From Chromatiales bacterium USCg_Taylor (GTDB lineage Bacteria; Pseudomonadota; Gammaproteobacteria; JACCXJ01): a stretch of DNA of 49,235 nt. Where the stretch lies: contig MUGK01000002.1 in the NCBI GenBank assembly GCA_002007425.1, positions 1 to 49,235 on the forward strand, given 5' to 3'. Shown here piece by piece: positions 9,877 to 20,008 of this stretch. Positions within the stretch are counted from its first letter, which is position 1; each line of letters begins with the position of its first letter. The notes below the pieces were generated by a model, which was given only the letters and a program-made list of their open reading frames with translations, did not search any database and was not told where the DNA came from. A program made the position numbers and the translations under genes.

Positions 9877-11014
9877 GCTCGACCCGGAATAAGATCCCGA
9901 ACGCGGCGCAGGTCACCATCATGCTGTTACCCCCATAGCTCACCAAGGGCAGCGTCAGCCCCTTGGTCGGCAGCACCCCCATGTTCACTCCCAGGTTGAT
10001 AAATCCTTGGAGTCCAATTAGCAAACCGATCCCGTAGGCGAGCTGCTCAGCGAAAGGCTGACCCGCGCGTTGCGCCCGGCCGCCGATCGCGACGGCGCGC
10101 CAGACCACCAGGGTGTAGGCGGCGATCACGACCAGCGATCCGATCAGCCCCAATTCCTCCGCCAACACGGCAAATATGAAATCCGTATGTGCCTCGGGAA
10201 GATAAAATAACTTCTGAACGCTACCCCCGAGTCCGACGCCCCACCATTCACCGCGCCCAATCGCGATGAGCGCTTGGGTTAACTGGAATCCGCGGTCATA
10301 CGGGTCGGCCCACGGATCCATGAACGTCGTCAAGCGTTCGAGGCGATAAGGCGCGAGCATCGCAAGCGCAACTAGTGCGGTGACCGCCACCGCTCCCCAC
10401 CCCAGGAAACGCGTTAGCGGGACTCCGCCGAGAAATAGCATGCCTAAGGCCGTCGCGATTAATACCGCGGTGACGCCGTAATCGGGCTCTAAAAGCAACA
10501 AACCGCCAATGAGCGTCAACACCAAGAACGGCTTCATCATTCCCGCGAATGTCGACCGGACCTTGTGTTCGTGGCGAAGGAGATAGCTCGCCATATAGAT
10601 GATGACGAAAAGCTTCGCCGGTTCGGAGGCTTGAAACGATACCGGACCAAGACGGATCCAGCGCATGCTGCCGTTGACGACTCGTCCTACGCCTGGAACC
10701 AGTACCGCAATCAACAGCAGCAAGGCCATAAAAAGCGACAACGCGGCTAAGCGCTCCAATGTGGCTAACGGCGTGCGTACGGCCAGGAAGCAGCAGCTAA
10801 GGCCGAACATCGCCGCCCCCATCTGCCGCCATAAGAAATAGAAGGGATCGTGATGATCGCGATCGGCGATGGTCACCGAGGCGGAGGCGACCATGACCAG
10901 TCCTAGTGCTAATAACAGCACGAAACACCCGGCCAGCCAGGGATCGTAGTCCGCTCGCGGTCGGGAGCTCCTGGGTGAGGTCCGAGGCAAGGCTTGCGGC
11001 ACGGCTTGGTTCAC
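9839..11014 (-). CDS. ftsW: Peptidoglycan glycosyltransferase FtsW (SEDS family)
   Basis: 391 aa polytopic membrane protein with the SEDS C-terminal motif LPTKGLTLPLVSYGGNSM. ATGA overlap with the murD stop. Confidence 0.9.
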   Translation of the reverse strand: MNQAVPQALPRTSPRSSRPRADYDPWLAGCFVLLLALGLVMVASASVTIADRDHHDPFYFLWRQMGAAMFGLSCCFLAVRTPLATLERLAALSLFMALLLLIAVLVPGVGRVVNGSMRWIRLGPVSFQASEPAKLFVIIYMASYLLRHEHKVRSTFAGMMKPFLVLTLIGGLLLLEPDYGVTAVLIATALGMLFLGGVPLTRFLGWGAVAVTALVALAMLAPYRLERLTTFMDPWADPYDRGFQLTQALIAIGRGEWWGVGLGGSVQKLFYLPEAHTDFIFAVLAEELGLIGSLVVIAAYTLVVWRAVAIGGRAQRAGQPFAEQLAYGIGLLIGLQGFINLGVNMGVLPTKGLTLPLVSYGGNSMMVTCAAFGILFRVEREARVRRDAYGR

Positions 11015-12366
11015 TGTGCTACCAGCCCGTTAACGGCGCGCATAAACACGTCCCCGCGCTCGGCGTAGTTACGAAACATGTCGAAGCTTGCACACGCGGG
11101 CGACAGCAGGACTGCATCGCCTGGAATCGCGAGGTGCTCCGCCTGGGACACCGCCTCCTGCATATCCTTGGCTTCCAGCAGGGGCACCGCCTCGGCAAGC
11201 GCGGACTTGATGCGCGGAGCGTCGCGCCCCATGACCACTATCGCCCGCACGTGTCCGGAGACCGCATCCGCGAGCGGCCGAAAGTCCGCGCCTTTGCCAT
11301 CGCCCCCCGCGATCAACACCAAGGGCCGCGTGGCGCCCAACCCGCGAATCGCGGCACAGGTGGCGCCCACGTTGGTGCCCTTGGAGTCGTTGTACCAATC
11401 GATATCGCGAAGCCGCGCGACCCATTCACACCGGTGCGGTAAACCGCGAAACTCCCGCAACGCGCTGAGCATGCCCTGCCTCGGCAAGCTTATCGCGGCC
11501 CCTAGCGCCAAAGCCGCAAGCGCGTTCGCGATATTATGCCGCCCGCGGATCCGTAGCGCGGACGCCGGCAACAATTCATCGCCACCTTGCGCCAGCCAAG
11601 GCTCGCCCTGGCGCTCCCGAATCCCGAACCCGTCCCCGCGCGGGATCCCGAGTCTGAAACCGATCACGCGCCGGCCCGCCGCCATCATCGCGGCGACGCG
11701 TTCATCATCCTCATTGATGACCATCACACCCCTGCCGCGGTAGATTCGTTGTTTCGCGCCGGCGTAGTCATCCAACGAGGAATAACGATCCATGTGGTCG
11801 GGTGTCAGGTTAAGGACCACGGCGGCCTCGGGCGTGAGCGACTCGGCCGTCTCTAGTTGAAAGCTCGAAAGCTCGACCACATAGACATCGGGCTCCGTAT
11901 CGTTGATCAGGGCCAATACCGGCGCGCCAAGGTTGCCTCCGGCGCGCGCCTCCAATCCACTCCCCTCGGCCATCGCGGCGACCAGGGAGGTTACCGTGCT
12001 CTTACCGTTGGTGCCGGTGATCGCGACGATTGGGGCGCGCCTTTGGCGCGCAAACAGTTCGATATCGCCGGCAATCTCGATACCGCGCTTGCGGGCTGTT
12101 TGGATGATCGGCTCTCGCGGCGCCACCCCTGGACTCACGAACAACCGCTGCGCTTGTGTGCACAGGCTCTCATCAAACCCGCCAAGAGCGAGTGGTACGT
12201 GCGGAAATTCGCTTTTAAACGCGCTCAACTCGGGCGGGTTTTCACGATTGTCAGTAACGGCAAATGGCACACCGCGGTTGGCGAGAAAACGCGCTATGGA
12301 CAAACCCGTCGCCCCCAGACCCACGATGACGGTGCCGGCGGCCTGCGTTACTTCGTGAGTCGCCAT
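11011..12366 (-). CDS. murD: UDP-N-acetylmuramoylalanine--D-glutamate ligase
   Basis: VIVGLGATGLSIARFL and ITGTNGKSTVTSL motifs. Start trimmed to ATG 12366 (MATHEV...), preceded by GGGAG and lying after the mraY stop. Confidence 0.9.
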   Translation of the reverse strand: MATHEVTQAAGTVIVGLGATGLSIARFLANRGVPFAVTDNRENPPELSAFKSEFPHVPLALGGFDESLCTQAQRLFVSPGVAPREPIIQTARKRGIEIAGDIELFARQRRAPIVAITGTNGKSTVTSLVAAMAEGSGLEARAGGNLGAPVLALINDTEPDVYVVELSSFQLETAESLTPEAAVVLNLTPDHMDRYSSLDDYAGAKQRIYRGRGVMVINEDDERVAAMMAAGRRVIGFRLGIPRGDGFGIRERQGEPWLAQGGDELLPASALRIRGRHNIANALAALALGAAISLPRQGMLSALREFRGLPHRCEWVARLRDIDWYNDSKGTNVGATCAAIRGLGATRPLVLIAGGDGKGADFRPLADAVSGHVRAIVVMGRDAPRIKSALAEAVPLLEAKDMQEAVSQAEHLAIPGDAVLLSPACASFDMFRNYAERGDVFMRAVNGLVAQ

Positions 12367-12380
12367 TGAGACTCCCATGA

Positions 12381-13463
12381 CTAGCGGATCTTGAGGCTGG
12401 AGAGCCCCACCAGCACCAGGATCACGGTGATGATCCAGAACCGGACAATCACCCTCGGTTCGGGCCACCCTTTAAGCTCGAAGTGATGGTGCAAGGGGGC
12501 CATGTTGAAAATGCGTTTGCCGGTAAGCTTAAAAGACGACACCTGCAGGATCACCGAGACGGTTTCCATCACAAACACCCCGCCCATGATCAGCAACACC
12601 AGTTCTTGCCTCACCAGCACGGCGACGATACCCAAGGCGGCGCCTAGGGCCAGCGCCCCGATATCACCCATGAACACCTGAGCCGGATAGGTGTTAAACC
12701 AGAGAAACCCAAGGCCGGCGCCCGTGATCGCGCCGCAGAAAACGCTAAGCTCTCCCACGCCGGGCACGTAGGGCACGCCCAGGTAAGTGGAAATTTTCAC
12801 GTTCCCGGCAACGTATGCGAATATCGCCAAGGCACTGGCTACCATCACCGTGGGGAGTATCGCTAAACCATCCAGGCCATCGGTAAGATTCACGGCATTG
12901 CTGGTTCCCACGATGACGAAATAACTGAACAGCACGAAAAACCAGCCGAGATCGATCACCACGGCCTTGACGAACGGCACGATTAACTGCGTTTCCGTGG
13001 GGGAGCCCGCGGTAAGATAGAGAAATAGCGCGGCACCGAGACCCGCGCACGATTGCCAGAGATATTTTTCTCGCACCGAGAGACCCTTCGCTTGGCGTTT
13101 TACCACCTTGCGATAGTCATCCACCCAACCGATGGTTCCGAACAATAGGGTCACGATGAGAGCAACCCACGTAAACCGATTATCCAAACTCGACCATAAT
13201 AACGTGCTGGCCACGATGGAGGTCAAAATGAGTAACCCGCCCATCGTGGGTGTGCCCGATTTCGCCAGATGGCTTTGCGGGCCATCGTCACGCATGCTTT
13301 GCCCGATCTGGTGGTGCGTCAAACGCCTGATCATGAACGGCGCGACCACCAGCGAGATTGCGAGCGCGGTCAGAACACCGAGGATGGTGCGCAAGGTCAG
13401 GTATTGGAAAACGCGGAACCCACTATTGAGCTCCGCCAGAATTTCGCTGAGATAGAGGAGCAC
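12381..13463 (-). CDS. mraY: Phospho-N-acetylmuramoyl-pentapeptide transferase
   Basis: 360 aa with 10 predicted TM segments. [13 protein letters not shown] and PTMGG motifs are present. Confidence 0.95.
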   Translation of the reverse strand: MLLYLSEILAELNSGFRVFQYLTLRTILGVLTALAISLVVAPFMIRRLTHHQIGQSMRDDGPQSHLAKSGTPTMGGLLILTSIVASTLLWSSLDNRFTWVALIVTLLFGTIGWVDDYRKVVKRQAKGLSVREKYLWQSCAGLGAALFLYLTAGSPTETQLIVPFVKAVVIDLGWFFVLFSYFVIVGTSNAVNLTDGLDGLAILPTVMVASALAIFAYVAGNVKISTYLGVPYVPGVGELSVFCGAITGAGLGFLWFNTYPAQVFMGDIGALALGAALGIVAVLVRQELVLLIMGGVFVMETVSVILQVSSFKLTGKRIFNMAPLHHHFELKGWPEPRVIVRFWIITVILVLVGLSSLKIR

Positions 13464-13465
13464 GC

Positions 13466-14587
13466 CTATTCCCCTTCCTGCTGCAGGAAGCCCACAACCC
13501 GCTCCATGCGCATCGACCGCGAACCCTTCACTAGTACTGTGACCCGTGGATGGAGATCGCCGCCCAAGGATTCAACGAGCGTATCGACAGTCGCGAAATA
13601 CCGCCCGCCCGGCCCGAATCCGTCCACGCTCGCGCGCGCCAGATCGCCGGTCGCGTATAAGCGCTGTATCCCGAGGTGGCGTGCCAATACTCCCGCCTGA
13701 TGATGGTAACCGGCGGCCTCGGGGCCGAGCTCTGCCATATCACCGAGCACCAGCCACGGCTCCCCGGGGCAGCTTGCCAAGAACTCGAGGGCCGCTTTGA
13801 GCGAGCCCGGATTGGCGTTGTAACTATCGTCGAAAACGCGTGTTCCACGGCGGCCGGTGCGCGGCTGCAATCGACCTTGCACGGCGCGCATCGACTGCAA
13901 GCCCGCGGCGATGTCCCCGAGCGCGATTCCAAGAGCCAACGCGATCGCGGCCGCCGCCAAGGCGTTGCTGATATTATGGCGCCCCAATAGTTGGATATGG
14001 ACGTCAATAGACCCGGCCGGGGTATGCAGGCGGAGCTTGCTCCCGTCCAGCACGCTGGCGGTATCAACCACGGTGGCCGTGACATCCGGCGAGGCTTCGA
14101 AACCGAAGCTCAGTTGTCGGCAGCCACCCGCGAGCGTGCGCCATAGCCCGGCGTAGGGATCGTCGGCGTTAATGACAGCCGTATCGCCGGGTCCCAGGTG
14201 GGTAAAGATTTCTCCCTTCGCGCGAGCCACGCCTTCTATCGACCCGAACCCTTTCAGATGGGCCGGGCTACACTGGGTAACCACCGCCACCGAGGGTTGC
14301 GCGAGCTCGCATAACGCGGCGATCTCACCGGGGTGGTTGGCCCCCATTTCGATCACGGCGTACGCGTATCGCTCATCAAGGTTGAACAGCGTTAAAGGCA
14401 CCCCGATATCGTTATTCAGATTGCCCTGCGTCCCGAGCACCTGAGCGCAACGCGAGAGGATCGCCATCAACATCTCTTTCACCGTGGTCTTGCCGTTGCT
14501 GCCGGTCACGGCAACGAGCGGGAGCCGAAAGCGCCGGCGCCAATGCGCCGCGATTAGCCCGAGCGCCCGGCGCGTGTCGGGGACCAC
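13466..14587 (-). CDS. murF: MurF (UDP-MurNAc-tripeptide--D-Ala-D-Ala ligase) central and C-terminal domains, out of frame with its N-terminal fragment
   Basis: 373 aa starting [20 protein letters not shown], followed by the P-loop [15 protein letters not shown] and Mur ligase C-domain motifs. Confidence 0.85.
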   Translation of the reverse strand: MVPDTRRALGLIAAHWRRRFRLPLVAVTGSNGKTTVKEMLMAILSRCAQVLGTQGNLNNDIGVPLTLFNLDERYAYAVIEMGANHPGEIAALCELAQPSVAVVTQCSPAHLKGFGSIEGVARAKGEIFTHLGPGDTAVINADDPYAGLWRTLAGGCRQLSFGFEASPDVTATVVDTASVLDGSKLRLHTPAGSIDVHIQLLGRHNISNALAAAAIALALGIALGDIAAGLQSMRAVQGRLQPRTGRRGTRVFDDSYNANPGSLKAALEFLASCPGEPWLVLGDMAELGPEAAGYHHQAGVLARHLGIQRLYATGDLARASVDGFGPGGRYFATVDTLVESLGGDLHPRVTVLVKGSRSMRMERVVGFLQQEGE

Positions 14588-14790
14588 TAAATTGGGCCGC
14601 TCCCCGCCCCCCGCGCAAAAACCGCGTCCACGAAGTCATGGCCGTCGAAGTGAGGCCCGCGCAACGCAACGAATAAGGCCTCGGGGGATAGCTTCCGAGA
14701 GTCCGTCGTACAACCGCTGAACTCGATATCCCTTCCGTGGCGCTCCGCGCCCAAAACACTCGTTAAATCGGAGAGGCGCATACGAATCAC
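14587..14790 (-). CDS. murF: MurF N-terminal domain fragment
   Basis: 67 aa reading MIRMRLSDLTSVLGAERHGRDIEFSGCTTDSRKLSPEALFVALRGPHFDGHDFVDAVFARGAG, which is the canonical MurF domain 1. It terminates at TAG 14589-14587 just after a G6CG4 tract. Confidence 0.8.
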   Translation of the reverse strand: MIRMRLSDLTSVLGAERHGRDIEFSGCTTDSRKLSPEALFVALRGPHFDGHDFVDAVFARGAGSGPI

Positions 14791-16304
14791 GGTTTAGGCC
14801 CGCGCAGAAGTTGCTTTACCACTTGGCGGTCGCTATACGGCCTGCGCACCCCGCCGTTGTCTTGATAGTCTTCATGGCCTTTACCGGCAATCAATACCGT
14901 ATCGTTTTCAGTCGCATGCTCAATGGCGGACGCGATCGCTCGCATCCGGTCCGGCTCGCTGCGCGCCCGCGCCGGATCACTCATACCGCCCAGGATATCC
15001 TTAACGATTGCCGCCGGATCCTCGCGCCGTGCGTTGTCGGTCGTCAGGATCACGCGATCGGCCAGGGCTTCGGCGATTCTCCCCATGAGCGGCCGTTTTC
15101 CGGCATCCCGTTCCCCGCCACAGCCGAAGATACAAAAAAGCTTTCCGGATCGTACCTGGCGCAGGGCGAGCAGCGCTTGCTCCAAACCATCCGGTGTATG
15201 GGCGTAGTCGACAACAACGAGAGGCGATCCACCTCCGGCGGCGAAGCGCTCCATCCGTCCGGGAACCGGCCCCACCGATGCGAGCCCCCCGGCCGCTTGC
15301 TCCAGCGTTACACCGGCCGCGAGCAACGCGCCGAGGGAGGCGAGTAGGTTGTAGGCGTTGAGCCGTCCCAAAAGCGGGCTCTCGATCTCGGCGGTTTGTC
15401 CTCCTACTGCGATGCGAAGCGACAAGCCCCGATCGTTCAGCCTGAGAGCACTACCCACGATACACTCGTTCACCGGCAATTGCGTATTGTTTAAGGTATA
15501 ACCGAACACACGAACGTCAGGCGCTAGGACCGCGGAAATCGCCTGGCAATAGGAATCATCGAGATTCAGCACCGCCGCCCGCAACCGCGGCCATTGAAAG
15601 AGCAACTTCTTCGCCTCGCCGTAAGCAGCCATGTCATCGTGGTAATCGAGGTGATCGCGACTGAGGTTGGTAAACACCGCAATGGCAAATTCGACGCCCG
15701 CGACCCGCCCTTGATCTAAACCGTGCGAGGACACTTCCAAGACCACCGAGCGCGCTCGGCAAGCGCGCAGATCGGCGAGCTGACGCTGGATCGTCACCGC
15801 ATCCGGTGTGGTGTGGGTCGCGGGCGTGAGATTGTCCACCCGGCCCCAACCCAGGGTTCCCAGGACACCGCAAGGGCCGGCATTCCCAGCGCTATCGAGC
15901 ACGCGGGCGATCGTGTGTGTCACGGAGGTTTTGCCGTTCGTGCCCGTCACCCCGATCGCCAAGAGATGCCGAGAGGGATGAGCGTAGAAACGTGCGGCAA
16001 TCTCCCCGACGCATGACCGTAGCCGCGGCACCCGGACGATTGGAATCGGCTCGGCGGACAGCGTAGGGCGATCGTAGGCGGCATCCAAGGCGATGGCGAC
16101 AGCCCCCGCGCGTATCGCCTCCCGCACATGATCGCCGCCATGCCGATTAACGCCGGGATAGGCTAAAAACAAGTCACCCCCGCGTGCTAAGCGGCTATCC
16201 GTACACAGCTCCCGGATGAGCCGGTCTTGCGGCGGCGCTATCTGGCCAAATCCATCCAGGAGGCAACTGAGGACTTGACCGGGTTGTTGCGCGATGGCGT
16301 TCAT
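14787..16304 (-). CDS. murE: UDP-MurNAc-L-Ala-D-Glu--2,6-diaminopimelate ligase
   Basis: 505 aa with CTDSRLARGGDLFLA, GVTGTNGKTS and a DNARRED (DNPR-like) motif. 4-nt overlaps with ftsI and murF. Confidence 0.9.
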   Translation of the reverse strand: MNAIAQQPGQVLSCLLDGFGQIAPPQDRLIRELCTDSRLARGGDLFLAYPGVNRHGGDHVREAIRAGAVAIALDAAYDRPTLSAEPIPIVRVPRLRSCVGEIAARFYAHPSRHLLAIGVTGTNGKTSVTHTIARVLDSAGNAGPCGVLGTLGWGRVDNLTPATHTTPDAVTIQRQLADLRACRARSVVLEVSSHGLDQGRVAGVEFAIAVFTNLSRDHLDYHDDMAAYGEAKKLLFQWPRLRAAVLNLDDSYCQAISAVLAPDVRVFGYTLNNTQLPVNECIVGSALRLNDRGLSLRIAVGGQTAEIESPLLGRLNAYNLLASLGALLAAGVTLEQAAGGLASVGPVPGRMERFAAGGGSPLVVVDYAHTPDGLEQALLALRQVRSGKLFCIFGCGGERDAGKRPLMGRIAEALADRVILTTDNARREDPAAIVKDILGGMSDPARARSEPDRMRAIASAIEHATENDTVLIAGKGHEDYQDNGGVRRPYSDRQVVKQLLRGPKP

Positions 16305-18037
16305 GGACGGATCACGGGCGGTAAATCCGCCGTATGAACGCGGGTGAGAAACTGCTCATTCTGCGGAAGCAAGGGGGCAATGTCATCGGGGGGTATGTCA
16401 AGCAAGCGGGTCGCGTCACGCATCACCCTGGCAAATACCGGCGCGGCGACTTGTCCGCCGAAATGCTCGCCGCGGGCCGGTTCATCGATCATTGTGACCG
16501 CGATCAGCCGCGGCTGGCTGGCCGGGATCATTCCCGCGAACAGGGATACATAGCGGTCCTCGGCATAACCTCCCCCACGGGCCAGTTTGTGCACGGTCCC
16601 GGTCTTGCCCGCGACGCGGTAGCCGGTGATGCGCGCCAACGCGCCGGTGCCTTGGCGCACGGCCGCCTCCAGCATGCCGCGCACCGTTTGCGCGCTTGAA
16701 CGACTCATCACGCGCCGTCCGGTGTGCCGCTCCGGCAACCGCGTCAGGCTTACCGGAAGCACCATCCCATCATTCGCAAACGCCAAGTAGGCGCTTGCGA
16801 GTTGCAATGCGGTGACCGAGAGGCCGTACCCGAATCCTAGCGTCGCGTTATCGATCGTGCGCCATGCAGCATAATGTTGTAGGCGCCCGACTGCCTCCCC
16901 CGGGAAACCGGAGCCCGTCGCGGCGCCGAATCCCAGCCCCGCGAGCATCCTCCAAAGCTGCCCGGGTTCTAACGATATTGCGATCTTGGTGATTCCCACA
17001 TTGCTTGATTTGCTAATGATGCCCGTCGCATCGAGCAGACCGTAATCGTGCAAATCGCGTACGGTATGCCGCCCAACCCGCAGGGTTCCCGGACCGGTAT
17101 CGATCATGGTCTTGACGCCGATCGCCCCCGACTCTAAAGCGGATGCAATGGTGAACGGCTTGATCGTCGAGCCGGGTTCGAAGGTGTCCGTGAGCGCCCG
17201 GTTGCGAAAATAACCGGCCCGTAACTGCTTGCGGTTATTCGGGTTGTACGAGGGTTGATTGACCGCGGCGAGCACTTCCCCGGTTTGGGTGTCGAGCACC
17301 ACCATCGAACCCGCCCGGGCTTGGTGCTCGCGCACGGCGGCCTTGAGCTCGCGGTAGGCCACGTATTGGATGCGCTTATCGATGCTCAGCGCCAGATCAC
17401 GGCCCGGTTGCGGCGCGCGCACGCTTTCCACGTTTTCAACGACATGCCCGTTCAAGTCCTGGATCACGCGTTTCGAGCCGGAGACACCTCGCAAGTGTTC
17501 GTCGTAGGCAAGCTCGATACCTTCCTGCCCGTTATCATCGATATCGGTAAACCCGACACAGTGTGCCGTCACCTCCCCCGCCGGATAATACCGGTGTACT
17601 TCTTGGCGGAGCTCCACCCCGTCGATATCAAGCCGCATCACCTCCTCGGCAAGCTCGGGGGGAACGTGCCTTCTAAGTAAAACGAAGCGGCGCTCCAGCC
17701 GCGACTGTACGAACGCCGACAACTCTTGACCTGAAATCCCGAGCGCCCGCGCGAGTGCGGGCCAGCGGCCGCGCACTTGCGTGAGTTTGGAAGGAATAAC
17801 GCCCACCGAGCTGACCGGGGTACTGACTGCCAGGGGTTCGTTATGCCGATCGGTGATCGTCCCCCGATGCGCCGGTAGTTCAACGGTTCTAAGATAGCGA
17901 TCCGCCCCGTGTCCCTGAAGCACATCGGTTTCGCTGAGTTGAAGATAGACTGCCCGCCAAACGAGTAGCGCCGCCCCCACCACGAATGCGCTGACGACAA
18001 ATCGCCGTCGACCGTCGAAAGACAGGCGCCGGACCAT
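16301..18037 (-). CDS. ftsI: Peptidoglycan D,D-transpeptidase FtsI (PBP3)
   Basis: Contains a TM anchor, a PBP dimerisation domain, and the transpeptidase motifs STIKP, SSN and KTGT. Start trimmed to ATG 18037 (MVRRLSFDGRRRF), which overlaps the ftsL stop as TGATG. Confidence 0.9.
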   Translation of the reverse strand: MVRRLSFDGRRRFVVSAFVVGAALLVWRAVYLQLSETDVLQGHGADRYLRTVELPAHRGTITDRHNEPLAVSTPVSSVGVIPSKLTQVRGRWPALARALGISGQELSAFVQSRLERRFVLLRRHVPPELAEEVMRLDIDGVELRQEVHRYYPAGEVTAHCVGFTDIDDNGQEGIELAYDEHLRGVSGSKRVIQDLNGHVVENVESVRAPQPGRDLALSIDKRIQYVAYRELKAAVREHQARAGSMVVLDTQTGEVLAAVNQPSYNPNNRKQLRAGYFRNRALTDTFEPGSTIKPFTIASALESGAIGVKTMIDTGPGTLRVGRHTVRDLHDYGLLDATGIISKSSNVGITKIAISLEPGQLWRMLAGLGFGAATGSGFPGEAVGRLQHYAAWRTIDNATLGFGYGLSVTALQLASAYLAFANDGMVLPVSLTRLPERHTGRRVMSRSSAQTVRGMLEAAVRQGTGALARITGYRVAGKTGTVHKLARGGGYAEDRYVSLFAGMIPASQPRLIAVTMIDEPARGEHFGGQVAAPVFARVMRDATRLLDIPPDDIAPLLPQNEQFLTRVHTADLPPVIRP

Positions 18038-18300
18038 CAGTCGGTCACGATGATCACGTCCGTGACGGACGGCATCGTCATGTTCAGCGCGCTGCGCGCG
18101 CGCTCTTCGATGCGCCCATGCGTCCCCAAGGTGGCCTGCTCCAATTGCAACCGCCCCCATTCATCATTCATGGCGTCATGCCTCTGCTCGAGCGCTTGCA
18201 ATTCGACAAACAACTTCCTGCTTTGATGCCGGGTCAAGGTGATTGCAAGGGAGGTAATAACTACCAAACCCACAAGCAATGGGCACAGGATCCGCGTCAT
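18037..18300 (-). CDS. ftsL: Cell division protein FtsL
   Basis: 87 aa from MTRILCPLLVGLVVITSLAITL, giving one TM helix followed by a coiled-coil LFVELQALEQRHDAMNDEWGRLQLEQ. ATGA overlap with the rsmH stop. The longer track ORF lies inside rsmH. Confidence 0.75.
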   Translation of the reverse strand: MTRILCPLLVGLVVITSLAITLTRHQSRKLFVELQALEQRHDAMNDEWGRLQLEQATLGTHGRIEERARSALNMTMPSVTDVIIVTD

Positions 18301-19235
18301 AGGAGCTTCTCCGCCACCCGCAAGGTCGCGCTTCGCGCCCGCGAATTGCGGGCGATCTCTTCGACTGTGGGTTTCATCGGACCACACACCCGTTTTAAGG
18401 TCAGGCCTTCTGCGGCAACACGCGGCGGCAAGCTGCGCGGGGTGGACCGTCCCCGCGATTCGTCACGTATAAATCGCTTAACGATACGGTCTTCCAACGA
18501 ATGGAAACTTATTACTACGAGACGTCCGCCGCTACGCAATACCTTTACCGCCATCCGAAGGCCGAGCTTAAGCTCTTCGAGCTCGTCGTTAATAACAATC
18601 CGTAGCGCTTGAAAGCAGCGCGTGGCCGGATGAAGAGTTTTTTCCCACACCGGTTTTGCGCGGGCGATGATTTCCGCCAGACGCTGAGTGGTCGTGATTG
18701 GCGCAAGGGCTTGTTCTCTCACGATGGCACGCGCGATTCTAGCTGCAAACCGTTCTTCGCCATATGCACGAATAACCTCCGCCAGCTCCCGAGTGGAAAC
18801 GGCCGCGATCCATTGTGCGGCCGTAAAACCGGATTCATTGTCCATGCGCATGTCGAGTGGGCCATCGTGGCCGAAGCTAAAACCGCGCTGGGAATCATCT
18901 AATTGCGGCGAAGAGACGCCGAGGTCGAACAGAATTCCATCGACCTGCCCGGTGATCGCCGCGGCGTGTGCGAGTTGCTCCAGTAGCGCGAACGAGCTTC
19001 TGGCCACCTGGACTCGAGGATCCTCGCCCGCGAGCTGTTCCGCCGCCAATACGGCCGCCGGATCACGATCGATCACGACCAGGCGTCCTCGCCGCCCCAG
19101 GCGCTGCAAAATTGCGCGTGCATGTCCACCTCGCCCGAACGTACAGTCAATATACAAGCCCGCGTCGTGGAGAACGAGGAGCTTCACAACCTCGTTCACC
19201 AATACCGGAGTATGGGAGCCTCCAGTACCCTGCAC
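18297..19235 (-). CDS. rsmH: 16S rRNA (cytosine1402-N4)-methyltransferase
   Basis: 312 aa with HTPVLVNEV, DCTFGRGGH and FDLGVSSPQLD motifs. Confidence 0.95.
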   Translation of the reverse strand: MQGTGGSHTPVLVNEVVKLLVLHDAGLYIDCTFGRGGHARAILQRLGRRGRLVVIDRDPAAVLAAEQLAGEDPRVQVARSSFALLEQLAHAAAITGQVDGILFDLGVSSPQLDDSQRGFSFGHDGPLDMRMDNESGFTAAQWIAAVSTRELAEVIRAYGEERFAARIARAIVREQALAPITTTQRLAEIIARAKPVWEKTLHPATRCFQALRIVINDELEELKLGLRMAVKVLRSGGRLVVISFHSLEDRIVKRFIRDESRGRSTPRSLPPRVAAEGLTLKRVCGPMKPTVEEIARNSRARSATLRVAEKLL

Positions 19236-19239
19236 GTGC

Positions 19240-19710
19240 CTACAACGCTAATTCGCGCAACGCCTCCGACGCCGTTCCGACACCGCGCCCAATGTCGGAT
19301 CGCCATTCATCCCGCTGTCCAACCCAGGCATCGGCATCCCAAAGCTCGAAGCGATTACCTTGACCTAAAAAGGTAATATATTTCACCAGGTTTGCGAACT
19401 CCCGCAGCGACTCGGGAATGCGGATCCTGCCCTGCGCATCGAGTACACAGGAGCTTGCGTAACCGCGCATCATTTGCTTCGTGCGTCTGCTTTGCTTATC
19501 GAAATCCGAAAGTTGCTGCAATTTTACGTCGATGGCTTCCCATTCCGTCACGGGATATAACCACAGGCAGGGGTCATACGGGCTAAGGGTAAGTACAAGC
19601 GCGTTGCCACACACGGCCGCTATTTGTTCCCGGTAGCCGCTTGGAATCGCAAGACGCCCCTTGGCATCGAGGCTCAGCGCATTGATCCCCTGAAACGACA
19701 CCTTGCCCAT
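19240..19710 (-). CDS. mraZ: Transcriptional regulator MraZ
   Basis: 156 aa from MGKVSFQGINALSLDAKGRLAIPSGYRE, with a second DXXXR repeat (LDAQGRIRIPESLRE). The track ORF extends spuriously to 19872. Confidence 0.9.
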   Translation of the reverse strand: MGKVSFQGINALSLDAKGRLAIPSGYREQIAAVCGNALVLTLSPYDPCLWLYPVTEWEAIDVKLQQLSDFDKQSRRTKQMMRGYASSCVLDAQGRIRIPESLREFANLVKYITFLGQGNRFELWDADAWVGQRDEWRSDIGRGVGTASEALRELAL

Positions 19711-19725
19711 GAATAGTAGTAAGGA

Positions 19726-19750
19726 TCCACATTTCCCCACGTTTCCCCAC
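19726..19750 (-). promoter_or_regulatory. MraZ operator: three direct GTGG(G/A) boxes at 10-nt phasing
   Basis: The minus strand reads GTGGGGAAAC GTGGGGAAAT GTGGA immediately downstream of the -10 element. This matches the known MraZ repeat architecture. Confidence 0.6.
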
Positions 19751-19756
19751 AGACAA

Positions 19757-19785
19757 ACTATAAGAAGCCAGCCGCGAGATGTCAA
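19757..19785 (-). promoter_or_regulatory. Pmra sigma70 promoter of the dcw cluster
   Basis: The minus strand has TTGACA (19785-19780), a 17-nt spacer, then TATAGT (19762-19757). Confidence 0.6.
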
Positions 19786-20008
19786 GAAAATATTCACGAC
19801 CGGCGTCTGAAAGTCGCTTCTTGAACAGGGACTTATATTTTCGCGGCACGACGCCGGAACGGCCAGTTTCACGGCGCCTAAAGATGGTTCCGAATGGTGC
19901 GATTAGCTTAGATAATTAATGTCGGTAGTTAAGATTACCGTAGTCATCGGCAACCCGGGAACATTAACCAGCCCTGCCCGTGGCGCCTCGATACAAGGGA
20001 CTGAGAGA

